Below are positions 12,681-26,063 of a stretch of 64,000 bases of DNA, piece after piece. Each line of letters begins with the position of its first letter. Position 1 is the first letter of the stretch. Origin of the DNA: Monocercomonoides exilis PA203 (taxonomy: Eukaryota > Protista > Preaxostyla); the NCBI GenBank assembly GCA_001643675.2, contig LSRY02000017.1, positions 744,001 to 808,000 on the forward strand, read 5' to 3'. A program made the position numbers and the translations under genes. The notes under the pieces are model-generated. The model did no database searches, had not been told where the DNA came from, and saw only the letters and a list, made by a program, of their open reading frames with translations.

Positions 12681-14268
12681 GGTGAGTTACAACTTTAAGT
12701 AACATTCTGAAACTCGTTTTTTTTCGGATTTTTTGTAATAGAATGATTTTATATTTAAAAATAAAACATGCTAGGGGTGAATTTTCCATTTTTAAAGTAC
12801 TTTTTTTTTCAATGAAAAAAATAAAAAATAAAATTTTTTTGTGGGTCTGATCAATTTCTGCACAAAAATTTCAAAATTCAACTATTCGATATATAAATAG
12901 AATTCATTATTATTATCAAAAATGTTGGTTAATCACAACTTTAAGTAGAAAAAGAGCAAAATTATGGATTCCAAAAGAGATATTCATGTAATTCTCAAAA
13001 TTCTTAAGGATAACGATTCAACGTGGGATTGGATTTTACATTTTTTGCCATATCGATGCCCAAAAAAATGTCCAAAATGTCGGAAATCTATGAAATTGGA
13101 GAAGGTTGCAGAAATTCGTCGATGAAGATGTAATGACTGTTCTAAATATCTGTCCGTATTCAGTGGAACACCTTTTTTCCATTGTCACATTGGATTGAAA
13201 ACGTTGGTTTTGATTCTCCTGTATAATCACATAGGACTGCATATTTATCAAACAAGTCTTTTAACAAACATAAGTGAAAATTCTATTGGGTATTTCTATT
13301 CTGTTGCAAGGGCAAGTCTCTCCACTTTGGCTGTTGAAGAATTTCGAAAACTTGGAGGAATTAACACTATTGAAGAAATAGATGAAGCGATTCTTTGAAA
13401 AAGAAAATTTCACAAAGGGAGAAAGAAAGCTCAAATTTGGATTTTTGGAATGATCTAACGGTCAGTTGATGGAGAAAAAGGCAAATGCATGATGATAAGA
13501 GTGAAAGATCGAAAGAAAAACACGTTAATTCCAATTATTCAAGCGAATGTTATTGAGGGAACAACAATCTATTCAGATGAATGGAAAGCCTATTCGTGCT
13601 TGGAAGAACTCGGATATCCTCATAAAACAGTTTGCCATAAATACAACTTTAAAGATCCCACAACAGGCGTATGCACAAACTTTATTGAAGGAACCTGGAG
13701 CCTATAAAGGAAAAGCTTTCCTCCAACAGGAATATGCGATAAATTCATCGATGATTATCTTCTGAGCTTCATAAGCAAAAGAGATAAAGAATTGACATTT
13801 GAAAAATTTTTGTTGAATATTTTCAAATATGAAATAAAAGAAAAGGAGGAAAATGATTTGTTTAAAATCGATATAGAAGAATATTTGGAAGAAATGGGGG
13901 AAAAAATTGATGAAGAAACAGAAACGGAAGATGAAGATGTCCCAATTATTGAGTTTGATAATGAATCAAATGATGATATTGATCCTTACGGAGCAGGAGA
14001 TGGATACGATGCTTCTTCGTGTGAAGATTAATATGTTTTTTCCTTCCAGTAACATTTTTTATCATATTATTGAATTTTTGAAAAATCGAAAAATATAATC
14101 AGACCCACAAAAAAATTTTATTTTTTATTTTTTTCATTGAAAAAAAAAGTACTTTAAAAATGGAAAATTCACCCCTAGCATGTTTTATTTTTAAATATAA
14201 AATCATTCTATTACAAAAAATCCGAAAAAAAACGAGTTTCTGAATGTTACTTAAAGTTGTGATTAACC
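12681..14268 (+). mobile_element. Merlin (IS1595/ISXO2-like) DNA transposon with ~170-bp TIRs
   Basis: 12681-12851 is a near-perfect inverted repeat of 14098-14268 with GG termini, and the pair encloses an IS1595-type transposase frame. No clean 8-bp TSD is seen. Confidence 0.88.
12964..14031 (+). pseudogene. Merlin/ISXO2-like transposase with in-frame stops
   Basis: One frame carries a zinc ribbon (CPKC...CNDC), EEIDEA, IYSDEWKAY, HKTVCHKYNFKDPTTGVCTNFIEGTWS and an acidic tail. There are four premature stops (TGA, TGA, TAA, TAA) and no frameshift. Confidence 0.88.
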
Positions 14269-14877
14269 AAAAATTTTTTTCTAAAAGTTCTTTTTTCAAT
14301 GATGACAAATAATAAACAACGAAAATTAATATCATCGATTGAAATTAAATATTAAAATTTTTAATAAAATAAATGTTACAAAATATATTCAGACTGAAAA
14401 TTGTTCAATTTGATCTTTTCGATCAATCAAAGATTTTTATAACTTGGAAATTTGCAGAAATCGTTTTAATGCTTATTAATCATTTCTTTATAATATTTTT
14501 TTCCATTGACAATCAAAAAACTATCATCTCTGAAAATTGCAGATCAACGATGAATTCGAAATTTGAAATGTGTTTATGGAAAAAAATATAAAGTTTGATT
14601 ATCTAATGAACAACTTCGTTTTTAGAGAAAATTGATTTAAACATTTCTCAATCATTAATTAGATTTTTCTTCTTCTGAAAGATTCTTCAAAAGATACACC
14701 CAATTTTCTTCTCCACCATTTGACATAAATAATGCTGTTCTCTCCTTCGCTGCTTCTCGTTAGAAGCAACAGAAGAAAATATTTTATCAACTTGTTCGAA
14801 AAAATGCATAATTCGTCTTTTTTTCATCTATTCAACCTCCTTCCTCCTCTCCTCCCAAGATATTCACACACAATCCT

Positions 14878-14989
14878 CTTTGATCATGTTGGCTGTGGCA
14901 AATCAACACTGCTTGTGTTGATTCTGGAAGAGACAATATGTTTGGAAGGGAAAGGTTATTTGAGGGGGAAGGTGGCTAATGTGCCTCAG
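14878..14989 (+). pseudogene. ABCC/MRP transporter NBD1 N-terminal fragment (Walker A to Q-loop)
   Basis: DHVGCGKSTLLVLILEE...GYLRGKVANVPQ resembles the ABCC consensus GxVGSGKSSLLxAILGE...GxVAYVPQ and is followed by a GT donor. Confidence 0.7.
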
Positions 14990-15201
14990 GTTTGTAATTT
15001 CAGATGAATAAATCTGAAAATGTATGATTCTTTATTATTATTTTATATTTTTTATTTCTTTATAACTGATAAACGGTTTATCCACCATTTCTTTTTCAGA
15101 TTATATTTTTCGTTTTTTTTCTCGTTCTAATATATATGGGTGATAATTTTTGAAAAATCACCACAAATCAAAAAAACAAAACCATTATTGTTAGTTAAGT
15201 T

Positions 15202-15246
15202 TATACCTCTGTGACCTGACAAATAACTTGAAGCCTCGTCTGTCAC

Positions 15247-15311
<65 letters not shown>

Positions 15312-16347
15312 TTTAAAATTATTACTCAATAAATTATTGCTTAAACTTCCAAAGACTTTTCAAAGCACTATGGAAAAGATTCGTTGATAGCATCTGTAAT
15401 ATCTTGTCGTTTTTTCTCTTTTGTCAGTGACCATCAGTGACTGTCAATGACAATCACAGACAAATTGTGATAAAGTTATTCCTCAATTGACATTTCGTGT
15501 CAAATAAAACAAATATTGGGAACTTGATCACATAAATAAAAAATTTGTTTTTTTCTAAATAATAAGAAATATTTCATGAAGATTTTGGCATAATGGTATT
15601 ATATCGAAGTGCTCAAAACTTTCTTTTTTCCATTGCAATATAAATGTGAGTGAATTCTAATATTCTTCATGTTATTAAAACTGCTTGAAAATGAAGATAA
15701 TTTTTTCCATTTGAAATGATTTATTTGTGTGAAATTTTCATATTTTGGGTTTTATCAAGTCAAATATCATAAAAAACATAGGATCCCGAAGATAAAAATG
15801 ATAAGTATTTTAACTTTTGTAATCATACACCAGAGAAAAAAAGGACTGAGAGTGGTGTATGTGATTTGGACGTTTTTAAAGTAATAATGGAGAACAATGT
15901 GAAATAGAAAAATATGAAACAAATATCATTATCTCGATAAAATTTCATATTCAGAAGGTATTTACTATGAAAAAGAAAAGATTTTTGATGAGTTGAACGA
16001 ATCAAAGTGAAGTGAAGACAAATATATCATTTTATTCAAAATAATAATATCCCAAAACTGAATTATTTTATGGATTTTTCTTTTTCTTTTTTTATAAAAA
16101 CATCAATTTCCTATTCGTTAAACAAGAAAATAATGAAATAATAAGTATTTTCAAATAGATCGACAACATTAATAATGAAAAACTTTAACTTCGTTATTAT
16201 CCCATCTTGCCAAGATTTTCAAATTAATTATAATAGTAATTAAGAATTATGAAATCGTTATAAATAACCCTTTTTGACAAATCATAAATATCTTGTCAGT
16301 CATTTTGTCATTTTTTCAATTTTCTCTTGTCATGTCACAGAGGTGTA
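15202..16347. mobile_element. Non-autonomous hAT-type element (1146 bp)
   Basis: TIR TA(T/C)ACCTCTGTGAC(C/A)TGACAA with an exact 8-bp TSD GTTAAGTT (15194-15201, 16348-16355). It has no convincing ORF and contains poly(A) at 15251-15306. Confidence 0.85.
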
Positions 16348-17495
16348 GTTAAGTTCATATAAAATTTTAAAAAATGAGACAGTTAACTTTGTTTTTCATC
16401 AAAAGTTTATTTTTTTCCCTTGGATAAGAGATAACAAATAATATTTTTGAAAAATGCATAAGATCAAAATAAATCAGTTTTTTTCGACTTGTGTTTATTT
16501 GCTTTGAGAATTAAACACTTTTCAAATCAAGATATTTAGAGTTTTGTTCATACATTAAAATTTATTTCGAATAATCTGGAGGTTTGTTCAACATTTTATA
16601 ATTGCACAATTTCATGATTTTACCAATATAAATTGTGTAGAAAATATATGCTATCCAACAAACATCTTTTATTATGACTTATTCAAAAAAAGATATTTGT
16701 CAATAATTAAATGTTTCAACCAGAAACGTATTCAGCAAGATATTCTAATATTTTTATTTTTCCAATCCACTCTTTATTGGTAAAGAATGGCAATTACATT
16801 TTCTCCAATGCAATTTGTGCAAGCAACTCGAGGCTTAAAGGTTATTCCGGATACTCTCATTTTTTTCGTAACTTCTATCTCCTTTTTTGTTACCAAAGCG
16901 TGTAAATTAGCTTCGCAATCTTGAATTTGACTCTTCTGTTAACAGTACAACAACAATCTCGTCTCTTCTTTTATTCTTAAGCTTCAGTGCATTCATTGTG
17001 TTCGATACCTTTATCGTGTTCTGCTTGTTTCACATCTTCCGCCAATTCGATAACTTTCGCTTCTTCCTCCTCCTCTTCTTCCTCGTCAATTTTTTTGAAT
17101 GGAGTTTATGAAGTTTCTGAATTACATGCAAAACTTTGTGTATTGATTTTTGATTATTTTTTATTTTCTGGAGCAAACGGGAAACAAAGATGGGACAGAT
17201 GAGACTTGTTTTCCGAAAGGAGCAATAATTGGGATAGAAAAAAGGAAAGAGGAAAGTCAATAAAGAGCAATCGTTGAAAAAAGGCATGAATACATTTTTT
17301 TGTTAGTAATTTTTCATAAATTGTTTTTTTAAAGGATATGAAGAATTTGCAAGGAAGTCTAATGACTACGGATGAATAAAGAATATGAAAAGAGCTGGTA
17401 TTTGATAGGCAAAATAATCAGGATGAAATAATTTAATAAATACAAAGAAATATGTGAAGGGGCACATATGAAAGAAAGGAAAAAAAGATGTATTT

Positions 17496-17735
17496 GGGTG
17501 ATTCTTTTTGAAAAGTCACAAATGTTAAATTTTCTAATACGACAAAATTTTCATATATTGCTCAAATTTCTGTTAACTAATATCAAACTTCGCTTCAATC
17601 AAATCTATTCATTGATAATGCTATTTAAAACATTCTTGAGGAGATTTGTGAGCTGAAACAGAAATTTGAGCAAAATATGAAATTTTTGATATATTTGTAT
17701 ATTAAACATTTGTGACTTTTCAAAAAGAATCACCC
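17496..17735. mobile_element. MITE of the GGGTGA family (240 bp)
   Basis: The TIR GGGTGATTCTTTTTGAAAAGTCACAAATGTT extends imperfectly to ~80 bp. The 4-bp TSD ATTT is on both sides. Confidence 0.9.
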
Positions 17736-20700
17736 ATTTATAAAGGTTTTGGATTGTATTTACGATGAATCTTGTTAAAAGCAAAAAAGGGGGAAACAAA
17801 TGTTGATGATATGGGTGATTTTTTTTGATATCATAAAAATTTACGAAGTTTGATCAAAATATTTTTTCATTAAGGGTGGAGTTGAATAGAAAATATTTTC
17901 GTTTCAATTTGCTAAAATATAGTTCAATATATTATCATCATCAATTATTTGTTGATTTTAATTTGTTTCCAATTGATTTTATTTCATATTTTGAAAAAAA
18001 AACAAAAAAAATTATTCTTTTATATCAAAGCATCATTAAACAGAACAAAACTAAAGTTTTCTGGTTTGTAAAACATGATAATAATTACAACTGTACATAA
18101 TTTATCAATTTCTTATAAAGTAATTAGTTTTATGATGTTATTGCAAAGTAAACTTCAAATTGATATTGAAGATCTTAAAACATTTATTGAAAATGAACAA
18201 TTTTCAAAAATTAACATCGAAAAAGATTATAGTTAAACAAGATATTTATCAGATATACAACAGTTTGCTGTTTGTTTTTGTTTAGAAACAAAAAATTCTT
18301 TAAATTAGTTATTCTTATAAATTGATCAAACAAAGAAATAGAAAAATAACAAAGAGTGTAATAAAAATTGAATAGTAATTTGCAAATTTTTGTTTTTAAC
18401 ACTAAAAAAGCTTCTGTCACACGAACATCTTCATTTTATTTTCCTCCTTTCTTTTCTCCGTTGATTCTCCATATTTCTTCCTCGTCTCTTATCCTTCATT
18501 CAGATATCCACACCTGATGCTCCTCTCCTTTTGTCGCGACGCTCCTTTTTCATATAAGCTTAACAAAAAAGCTTTGCGAATGCAATGGTTGATGTTGCAG
18601 AAGAGCGTACGTCTCTCGAAAACAACTCCCTCGCCTCTTCATCATTATCATATCCGTTTCTGCATCCACTTCAGCTAGACTTGAATTCCTCTCAGTCTCC
18701 TCATCTTGGCTCAGTTGCAATTCCCTCGTGGCTATCTGCCCATCTGCTCTGGACGGCTCCGCTTCTCTGGCTGGCTTGTCTGCCCCAGATCAAAGAACAA
18801 TAATCGTTTTTCACTCCTCCAATAATACCAACATTGTGCGCTCATCCAACTGAGCAGCTCTTGTGTTAATTTGGAAAGGTGATGTGCCTTTGACTGCGCT
18901 TCTGAGGCATATGTGTTCACCAGTTATGTGAGCGAAGAGTCTTCCGAGGGCGGAGTTGCAATGATGTTCCTCAACTGCGAGAAGTTGTGGCTGCACTTGT
19001 CCGAATGCATCCTCAACTTCTGCTTCGTCTTGAATCATGTATTCAGGGGAAAGGAACTCTTTCTCCGATGCTCCTCCATCCCCGCCCAAATCAACGAGCC
19101 CCTCTTTTCCTTCGGCTTCACTCAGCATTCTTTCGCTTGAAACACGTCAATCTGCGAGTTTGACTTCTCCCACACAGACCCCAACCCCGATCTCGATTTC
19201 AACAAAGTCACCTTCATCACATTCTATTGGGATTACCAGATATTTGTCAATCAGGACATCGGCTCCTCTGCGCATCATTGCGGCTCCCCGCTTTCCTCCT
19301 GTTCATTCATCTTCACAACAATCATTCACAATGACAGCCAGAATTGCCTTTTCAACATGGGAGTTGGATCTATCTTGTGAAGTCTTGTTCCTGTTCACTT
19401 CGTCACCACCATCTCATTGTTGTTGGATTTCACAATTTTTGCACCCTTTCATACAGCCACATCTTCTTCCATTCTTTCTTCGTATATTTCCAGTCTTCAA
19501 ATTTCTGCCTTTTCAAAGAATCCCTCGCTTTTATCTCCTGGCTCTTTTCTCCTGCCGATAAGCATCTTCACCTCAACCACATATTCCTTTGTGCTCGAAG
19601 AGGATATATGAGCCTCTTCCAATCCGATCTTCGTGCTCTTCCCAATTCCTGCGTCTTTCTCTCCAACATCAACATCTCTACACAAAATGCTGCTTCAATC
19701 GAATTCGCTTTTGATGATGAATCCAATAGTTCATCAAAGCATCTTATATCAACGTATATCGCAATTGAAAGCAGTATAATTGTTCTTATTTATCTTTTTG
19801 GAATAAGAATATCACAAAGTCCCTTCTGCTTGATGCACTCCGTCTTAACTACCATCTTGATTGGAAACCTTGTCAGCAACATATACGACTGAAACAGCAG
19901 CATGGCTCAAGTGTATCTCAAACTGCACCATACTCCAGAACGGAACTTCTACATCCTTTTGGAGAGCAGTCGCGTTTATCCATTGATCTATAGCTGTACT
20001 CGAGACATGCCCAATAAATGGATTCGCTCTGCAGCTGCCACAAGGATCCATTGGTCACTGCATCTGATTCATAAGAAAGTGCCTGTAAATGAAGAGCCTT
20101 TCTGATTCATTACAAAAGAAGAACAGCCGAACATAGTCTCCATAGCAACAAGTGGTGCATTCATCAACTGCAGTAAGTTCACTAATAACCCCGTCTTCCC
20201 TAATAATAAATCCGCTTGCTAAAACTTCACCTCCTTCTCGCTGTTCTCTCATTATTGCCTTCCCCTGGAGAGGTGATGGCATGCTCTCCCGCACCTCCTC
20301 GTGGCTTCTCAACCGCGAACGTTCCCTCAACGGTATCATATCTCAGCGCACTTCCACATTCTTTGTATCTGTGCTCCATAACGCTCATGAAAAAGAAGCA
20401 ACAGATAGAATGATTCAGATATTCAACGTATTCCTTCCTGCCACATTGTTTCCTGTTCTGGTTCATCATCTTCTTCTCCTCCAACTTCTCCCCATTTCCA
20501 TTTAACTTCCTCATTTTTTGAAATCTCAGCAATTTTCACTTACCAATTTCCATTCATCATATCCTGTCTAAACGAATTCTTCTATCTCTTTATCTTTATT
20601 CTCTTCATTGACTTTTCAATCTTCTTCTCATTTTTAAATGTTTTTTTTCTTCAGAAATACCCTTCTTCTTTCTTTCTGTAATCATCCCATATAATGATGA

Positions 20701-23700
20701 GAAAAAAAAAGAAGCAATCCAATCATATGAAGAAAGAGATGATGATGAAAAAGTGGTGTTATATGATGTTTATGCACACAAAGAAGATGAAATAGAAGAA
20801 GAAGAAGAAGAAGAGGATGAAGAGGAAGAAGACGACGAAGACGACGAAGACGACGAAGACGACGAAGAAGAAGATTGGTGGCAGTTAAAGGAGTTTTTGT
20901 AATGAAAGTGATAGAAGTTGCATTTAAACATGTTTCATCTACTGCTTCTTTCTCCCCATCCGAAGAAGAGGTAGCAAGAAGCAAGATATTTGGATACAGC
21001 AACATTCAGTTGCCTCACAATCAACTGGCCGTGATGACGATAAGAAGGAAGATGATATAAAAGAAAATACAAATTCTTGCTGCTCCGTTCTTTCAGCAGC
21101 CGCCCCTTCAAATTGTTCAGATTTGGACGAATAAACTTGGTCATCCAATGGTCCTTCTAAAGATTCTGAGGTTTTCGTGTTTGCGTATCCTTCTCAGCAT
21201 CTTCTTCCTTCTCTTTCACTCTCACTCTCTTCTTCTTCGTTTTCTTTTCTGACTTTTTCAAGTTCTTTGTTATTTTCTTTTCTAAATTCCTTTTATAACC
21301 TCCTTTCATCTGCTATGATTGCAATTCACCTCAATCTCCCTCATTTCCTCGACCTCCTTCATCTTCTAAATCATCCTTTTCCCTCTTCATTTACTTCTCT
21401 TTCTGTCCCTTTCGATCTGAGCACTCAACAAAATGAATCAGAATTCTTATGATTATTAAAAAATAAGGTTCATCTTTCCCTTTTGCCTCTGGCTCAACAG
21501 AACTCTTCATCTGATAGCCTGCCCTTCTTCTGTGTGGATGAATTCAAACAGAATAAGTAAAAAGCAAACCAAGTGGAAAAGCAGAGAAAAGAGAAGAAGA
21601 AGAAGAATGGGTAGGTTGCTGTTTATTCTGTGCCTGTGAATGAATACGGAGTTGCAGGTGAGAATAGCAGAAGAGGAAAAATGAGTTTTTGGAAGCTGAA
21701 CAAAGTTGCCTTTCCTGCCAAGCACTATCTGAAAGTTGCTGAATTTTTATGATTTAGTCGCCGAATCAAGTTTATTGTTATCACTCAAGTTGCCAAGCTG
21801 ATTCATCCCATTCGTATCTCCATCGCATTTTCTTTTTGAAAGAAAATCACTAAACAAAGCAGCTATTTCTTCTGCACTCAGCATCTTCTCCTCTTTCACC
21901 TGTTCTCTTCATCTCCTTCTTCAAAACGCGTTCTGTTCCGCCATGTTGCTTTCTCCCACTCCTGCTCCACGTCTGCCTGCTCATAATTATTCTCCACAAG
22001 TTCACATCTCACCAGCTCTTTTAACCAGTGCACAAAACGTGTCAAGTTTTACCGCTCAACCGGATGCAGCGTCGGCACACTCATCACATACGCAAGTCGG
22101 TTGATCAGACGAAGACAATGGTCAACATAATGAGGAGGAGAAGAAAGAGAATGAGAGGAAGAAGAAGAAAAAGTTTGATTTTGAGATTTGTGTGAATGTT
22201 TTTTTGGGATATTGAGATGATTCGAATTCTTTGTTCTCTTCTTTTTCAACGCTTTCATTTAATGAAGATACTTCAGAAACATCTTCCATCATCTATCTTC
22301 TATGTGTGCCATAAGCTGAAAAAGATGAAGAAGAAACAGCTCTTCCAAAAATGTTAATATTTTGATAGACTCTTTTGGAATGGCTGCTGAATGAAGAGAG
22401 CAGATGCGCCCAGTCATTTGTGGTGAAATATGTGTGTGGAGAACAAGATGTGGAGATTATTTGGCTGGAAGAAGAAGGAGAGGAGGAGGAGGAAGATTTT
22501 TCGCATTTATTTGTGTTAGATTTATCGAAGCTTGCAAGTGATGATGATGTTGACGAACATCTTTTGTTGTATATTTTGTGATAAAAATGCACTCTCTGTT
22601 CTTTTCGCATTTTTATCCGTTGTTTACCCTTCGAATTTCGAAAAGTCAGTCCTTTTTCAGTTTTTCCTTTGTTTTCCTTTTTTTTTCTCTCCTTCCTTCT
22701 CCTTCTCTTCATCCTTCTTTTTCTCTCCTTTCCACTCCTTCTCCTTTTCCTTCCTCTTCTTCCTCCTCTCCATACGGCCCATATCGAATCGACGGTGCAC
22801 ACACTACAAAGTTGCATATTGTGAACTCACTTGTCTGCATCATCAGCGAATGTCGCACTTGATTCGCTCGGAAGACGCAGATTCAGCCAAAATCCATTCG
22901 AACGTCTCGTTCTGCTGATTGCCTAGCATGTTATGGATAATCTGAGTCATCTGTAAAGTCGTTTGCTTCGTTGTTTTCTTCATCTTTTTCATCTTCACTC
23001 GCTTCGTAGAAGGAGTCCGAATAAGCAGATCGATGGAGAGAATTGCTGTGTAAAGAAAAAGAAGGAGATGATGATGATGTATTCCGATGATTTCTTGGGT
23101 CTGTGTCCTGCATTCGTGACGAATTCCGTTTGTGTTCTTTTTGCTTCGCCTTCTTTTCTGTATTTTGTTCCCAAACATCGCATCAGGCCTGTTTTCAATT
23201 GCTTCTTTGATCACCTGCTCTCTGAAGAAGTTCGATTCGCTCCAGTCAAATTCTTCTTTTTGCAGCTTGCTTAATTCATCCTTCATCTTTTTGTATCTTC
23301 TGTTTTGCCATTTCTTCGTATCTTTGCTTTTTGTGTTCTGAATCACTCATTACTCCTTCTTCCTCTTAATATTTATCTCATCTTCCTCTATCTTCCTCCT
23401 CTCGCTCTCCATTTTTATCTCCCTCTTTTCTTCTCTTTCTCTTTCTCGCTCTTCTCATCTATTTCCCTGCCATTTCTCCTAACTGCTGCTTGTTCTGAAA
23501 GATGCTGTGCTTCCTCACTACAACGTTGTCCTCAAGCATGCCAACAACCACTCCGCTCGCGAAACATTCGTGGAAAAACGAGAAGTCGAATCGAAGCTCA
23601 TCTCCGGTTCCGTCTTCATCACAATCAGTGTCTCAGAAGATGTGTTTTCTCTGATGATAGTGTTTGCTTTTGTTGAGGAGGAAGAGGAAGAGGAAGAGGA

Positions 23701-24007
23701 AGATAAGGAAGAAGGATAAGATCTGAAAAATGGATTTGTCTCATTTGAAGAAAAAGGAGAAGTGCATTTATGAGGTTATTGAAGATCGAGAATTTTGTAG
23801 ATGAATGAAAATTAAAATCAATAAAGAAATTCAATGAAACGTTATTTCTATATTTTTACTTCCATTTTTCATGTTCTTCTTGTTACAGTGTTCACCAAAT
23901 TCATCATTAATTCTTCTTAATCTTCTTTCTCTCGCTGATGCAAATAAGAAACATGCGACAATTCCTTTTTCCTCTTTTTGATTTCATCTCTTAAGCTTTC
24001 AATTCCC

Positions 24008-25217
24008 CTTCTTTCACAAAAAATCATCTTTCCTCAAAAAAAATTCCTCGCCAAAGCCCAGTGTCAGGAATCTTCGAAATATCTCGCATTTCATCTATCT
24101 GTATTTTTCTTCCTTGCTTTTCTTCTTCTTCTTCAAAGCCATATAATCCTTCGCTTTTTCAATATCCTGAATGAAAAAATAATAATCACTTCAAAACAGC
24201 AACAACAACAACAAACCTTCAGAACCTATTTTTAAGCCAATGTCTATATTTTATTCCGTTGGCAACTGCTTTCTTCCAATAAAAATTCATAATTCCTTCC
24301 TTTTTCAAGTGTTTCATTCTGATTCCCCAACTATCCTTTCCAGAAGTCATTTTTCTATTAAATGCATCGATTTCTGGTTCTTCTGAAAATGTGAAACTTA
24401 TGTATTTTCTTCAATTTCATCTTTCTCATTGAAAAATATCCTTGTTTCTCGTCTGAAAATATCATCTCCAAATTCCTTCCCAATCCCTTCACCCTAAGCA
24501 CATTCCATATGAAAGTGCTCTCCCAACTCCATAGCCACCCTTCATAACGAGATATCCCGCTTTTATTCATCTCCATTCATTTCCATTTCCTGCACTGAAA
24601 ACAACACAAATACAGTCAATAGGTAAATATTCATATAAAAAAAAATAAGTAAATGTCAAACTGCTCTTCGATTGTTTTTTCCCAAACACACTCATTTCCA
24701 CAGCCATCATACAAATATTTTCACTTAAAACAAAGAAAGAACACATATTGATTGTCTATGAAAAAGATTTGTTTTAAAACATGTGTTTTTATCATAAAAA
24801 AACAAAAAACAAACCTCGATGCAACGTCAATGTGGAGAAAAATTGTTGAAAGAACATTTTGAAATAAAGTTATGGAATTTTTTCTCTTTGAAAAGAGTGC
24901 AAAACACACATTTTTTTTAATCATTTTTAATGAATATTGTTGTTTTAATAATTATGAAGCGTATGAACACTAATAGAATATAAGCATTTTCTCGTTCTTG
25001 AAAGAACAAAAAAGCTAAAAATTTTCTCAGATTTTTGATCTGAAAATTTGAGATACATTTTTCGAAAAAGAGGTCACACCTTGGTACCCCTTTTTTTGAC
25101 ATATTTCACACACCTTCATAACAACAAATCGATTCGTGCAAAAAAAATGCCACCCAAGGTGTGACCCTCGTGGGATACCTTAAAAATATTTTTTTCCTTA
25201 TGATCATATCCATAATA
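24008..25217 (+). repeat. Left arm of 1.2-kb inverted repeat flanking the USP-transposase gene
   Basis: Reverse complement of 30963-32170. Identical short ORFs are mirrored in the ORF track (24358-24576 vs 31602-31820, 24721-24924 vs 31256-31459, 24917-25102 vs 31078-31263). Confidence 0.97.
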
Positions 25218-26063
25218 TTTCGAAAATGTGCTATTAATTGTGTGAACATAATGTTATAAATCGATTGTTTTTCATTCATTGTCTGCACAAAAATTTAACA
25301 TTCTGACATTATTTTGAGAGATATTGGCCTGAACGCTGTTTTTGTGAAAAAAGTTTTAACAATTTAATTAATGAAAGTTTTGAAAATGAATAATTTTTTT
25401 TCACTTTTTTAAATCTTCAAAATTTAAAAAGAATAAATTATCTCGAGTAGTTTTCAGAAAGTTTATTAATTGAATAAAAAATGTTTCATCATTTTTGTTC
25501 AAATAAAGTTATTTCCGCATTTTATTGTGAATGAATAAATCGAAAAAACATATAATTTCTTCAAGGTTGTATTTGAGAAAATAAATATTTTTATCTGTAA
25601 TTCAAAATATTTTAATTAGTCATCCATTCATATATTAACAATTTTGTCCATTGAGTAAAAATAAAAAAATCAAAATGTTTTGTTAAACTTTCATTTCTCA
25701 TTAAATTATTTCTTGAAAAAACATATTTTTTGCTGAAATCAAACAACTCAATACTTTTTTTAAAAAAAAGAAAAGTTAATCGGTTTGATATTTTATTTTG
25801 TTGATTATCAAATTTTTTGTATTTATTTATTTATTTATTATTTATTTTTCTTTCTTTTCTTTTTTTTTTTTTTTTTTTGATTTTGTGATTTCATTTATGA
25901 GCTTTTTGGGTTGCTATGTGTCTTTTGAGAAAATCAAATTGTGAGGAAAAAAAACGAATTTCAATGAATAAAAATAAAAATAATAAAACAGTGAATGATT
26001 GCCGAATTTTTTGGATTTTTTCAAATTGAACATCCCATAATAAATTAGATATTTCACAAAAAA

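Noticed and set aside
12964-14031. In-frame TAA/TGA stops in the transposon ORFs as a sign of an alternative genetic code (TAR=Gln occurs in some oxymonads)
   Set aside because: Host genes here end in TAA/TAG and their long ORFs contain no internal TAR. The stops are of mixed type and fall at W/E/L/Q-like positions, as expected from ordinary decay.
24358-25102. Three short ORFs duplicated in the inverted arms
   Set aside because: They are short, AT-rich and motif-free. The duplication simply reflects the inverted repeat.
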